Shown piece by piece: positions 62,397 to 64,000 of a DNA stretch of 64,000 nt. The notes below the pieces were generated by a model. The model saw only the letters and a program-made list of their open reading frames with translations, had not been told where the DNA came from and ran no database searches. Source of the DNA: an uncultured Planctomycetota bacterium (GTDB lineage Bacteria; Planctomycetota; Planctomycetia; Gemmatales; Gemmataceae); the NCBI GenBank assembly GCA_963849325.1, contig CAWKHF010000007.1:631108-695107 (forward strand). The letters run 5' to 3'. The stretch's first letter is position 1. Every line of letters starts with the position of its first letter. The position numbers were made by a program, and so were the translations under genes.

Positions 62397-63804
62397 TTAA
62401 TGGTCGGGATTTCGGCTGCCCACCGGATCGTCCGGCGAGCGCACCGGAAACTTGTCGTTCGGCCCCAGGCGAGCGATCCCCTCATTCAGCTCCTTCGCCG
62501 TGAAAGGCAATTTCGGCGTCAGTTCCTTCATCGGATGCGAGCGTTTCAGGAACAGCAGGGCGAACGCCGTGCTCAGAGACGCCTTGTAATCGTAGTTTCG
62601 TTTACTGCCCCATTCCGGATGAGGCGAAGCTCCCGTCCACCAGCCGCCCTTCGTCTGGTTGGCCAGCAGGGATTCCGCGCCCCAGCGATACCAGTCCTTG
62701 TCGCCGATGGCCGGCAGGCCGTAGAGCATCGCCACGCGCTCCACCGACCACAGAAAATACAGATCGTAAAAGGGGACTTGCCTGTCCATCCGACCCACGG
62801 GCCGGCCGAGGCGCCGACTGAGCGCCGCCAATCCCTTGAGGACGTGGACGTCTTTTTGGCGCCGAGGGCGGACCCCGGCGTTGGCAGCCGCAGACCGCGC
62901 CCGATCGCCAAACCCATCAGGCCGACGCAAATCATCGCGCGCGATCCGCCCTCCTCGTCCAGGGTGTATCCCCATGAGCCGGACGGATAAATGTGGGAGG
63001 CGCTCGAAACGTGCGACCATGATCTCGAAAGCGCCTTCGACCGGAACGTCGTGGCGCTGGGCGGCCCACAAGCCGAGCATGGCAAACTGGGTGTTGGAAT
63101 GGTCCGTCCGGCCGACCAAGGACATGCGATTGGCCGAGTCGAGGATCGCCTCGCGGGTCGGCGGCGGCTCGCGTGCTATCAAAGCGGCGGAGCGGTGGAA
63201 GACCGGCAGCGATTGCAGCGTCGGCGGCACCTCCATCCCCTGCAACGCTTGCTCCCTCGTCTTGCCTTTGTCCCTCATCTCCTTACTCGAACGTCCCAGC
63301 GCCGCCAGCAAGTCCTGCTCACTCTTCTCGCCGAGGATGGGGCAGCGGTAGCTCCATCCTCCGGTGTGATGTTGCCCGGCGAGGAGGCGAAGGGCCAGGG
63401 TCCGGATCAACCTTTTGTCCGCCGGGTCGCCGAGACGATCGAGGAACAGCAGCGCCAGCGATAGCTCGTAGGTGAAATCGCTGTCCAGTACCTTGGCGCG
63501 GAGGAAGTCGGCCGCTTTGACGACGGCTGGATCGTCGGGCGGCACGCCGGACTCCAGAAGGGCGTAAGCGGGCAGGGCGCACTGCGCGGCCTGGAAACGC
63601 CCGTCGCGGTACATGCGCCATTTCCAATCGCCGCGCTCGACCTGCGCCTTTGAGGAAAGCCACGCCGCGGTCGATGGCCTGGTCGATGCGGGCCTGCTCC
63701 TCTTTCGACAACGGCTCCGGGACGGCGCCAGCGGCGCAGGCCGGCAGTGCGGTCGCTCCCATCCACAGCAGAATCGTCGGTGGAAGAAGGCGAAGGGTTG
63801 TCAT
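62397..63804 (-). CDS. Secreted prenyltransferase/squalene-cyclase-repeat-like planctomycete protein; frameshifts
   Basis: IDQAIDRGVAFL, ALLESGV, GQHHTGGWSY, DHSNTQFAMLGLW, YFLWSVERV, DWYRWG, TAFALLFL. Confidence 0.75.
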
Positions 63805-64000
63805 GGCGATCCTCGCGTTGGCTCTTTTCGGATCGGGCCGAACGATACGGCCCGTCCACTATATCAGAGAAAGCACGGGGAAGGGGAACGGTTGGGACCA
63901 GCCCTTCGTCGGATCATCCTGACGAAAATGTAAAGCGCTGGCGATTGAGACCGGCCTTCGCAAATGTTAAGCTCATCGTGAAGATATGCCCAGAAGAAGG

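Overview
GC-rich bacterial window. Gene content points to a planctomycete, probably Gemmataceae-like: LExLEDR leader, PVC-type CxxCH proteins, H4MPT genes and a tmRNA tag of AEPQLTLAA. From left to right it holds an H4MPT-linked C1 cluster (orf17-like, PTPS, orf7/citG, orf5/rimK, mch, orfY-like) and a convergent m6A methylase plus SacI-family endonuclease pair. Next come a PVC-type dehydrogenase, a REC-PAS-PP2C gene, nif3, TIGR01777 and tmRNA. A decayed ~5.3 kb island follows the tmRNA, with an integrase stub, a DUF1998/DrmB fragment, a QueC-like fragment plus intact XRE-ImmA and PIN genes, IS3 and IS66 ends and a c-type cytochrome lipoprotein; most breakpoints in it coincide with short MITE-like palindromes. 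The rest holds large secreted multidomain enzymes, ppa/DUF47/pit, an MFS transporter, rsmD, cca, a three-gene DAB-like carbon-uptake operon, leuCD, ferritin and FRG genes, a RAYT remnant, a sulfatase and a three-gene two-component cluster. Many REP-like and heptamer palindromes occur, three of them in frame inside proteins. About 18 genes, including housekeeping ones, carry single-base frameshifts that are most likely long-read indel errors. All family calls come from motif recognition by eye, without database searches.
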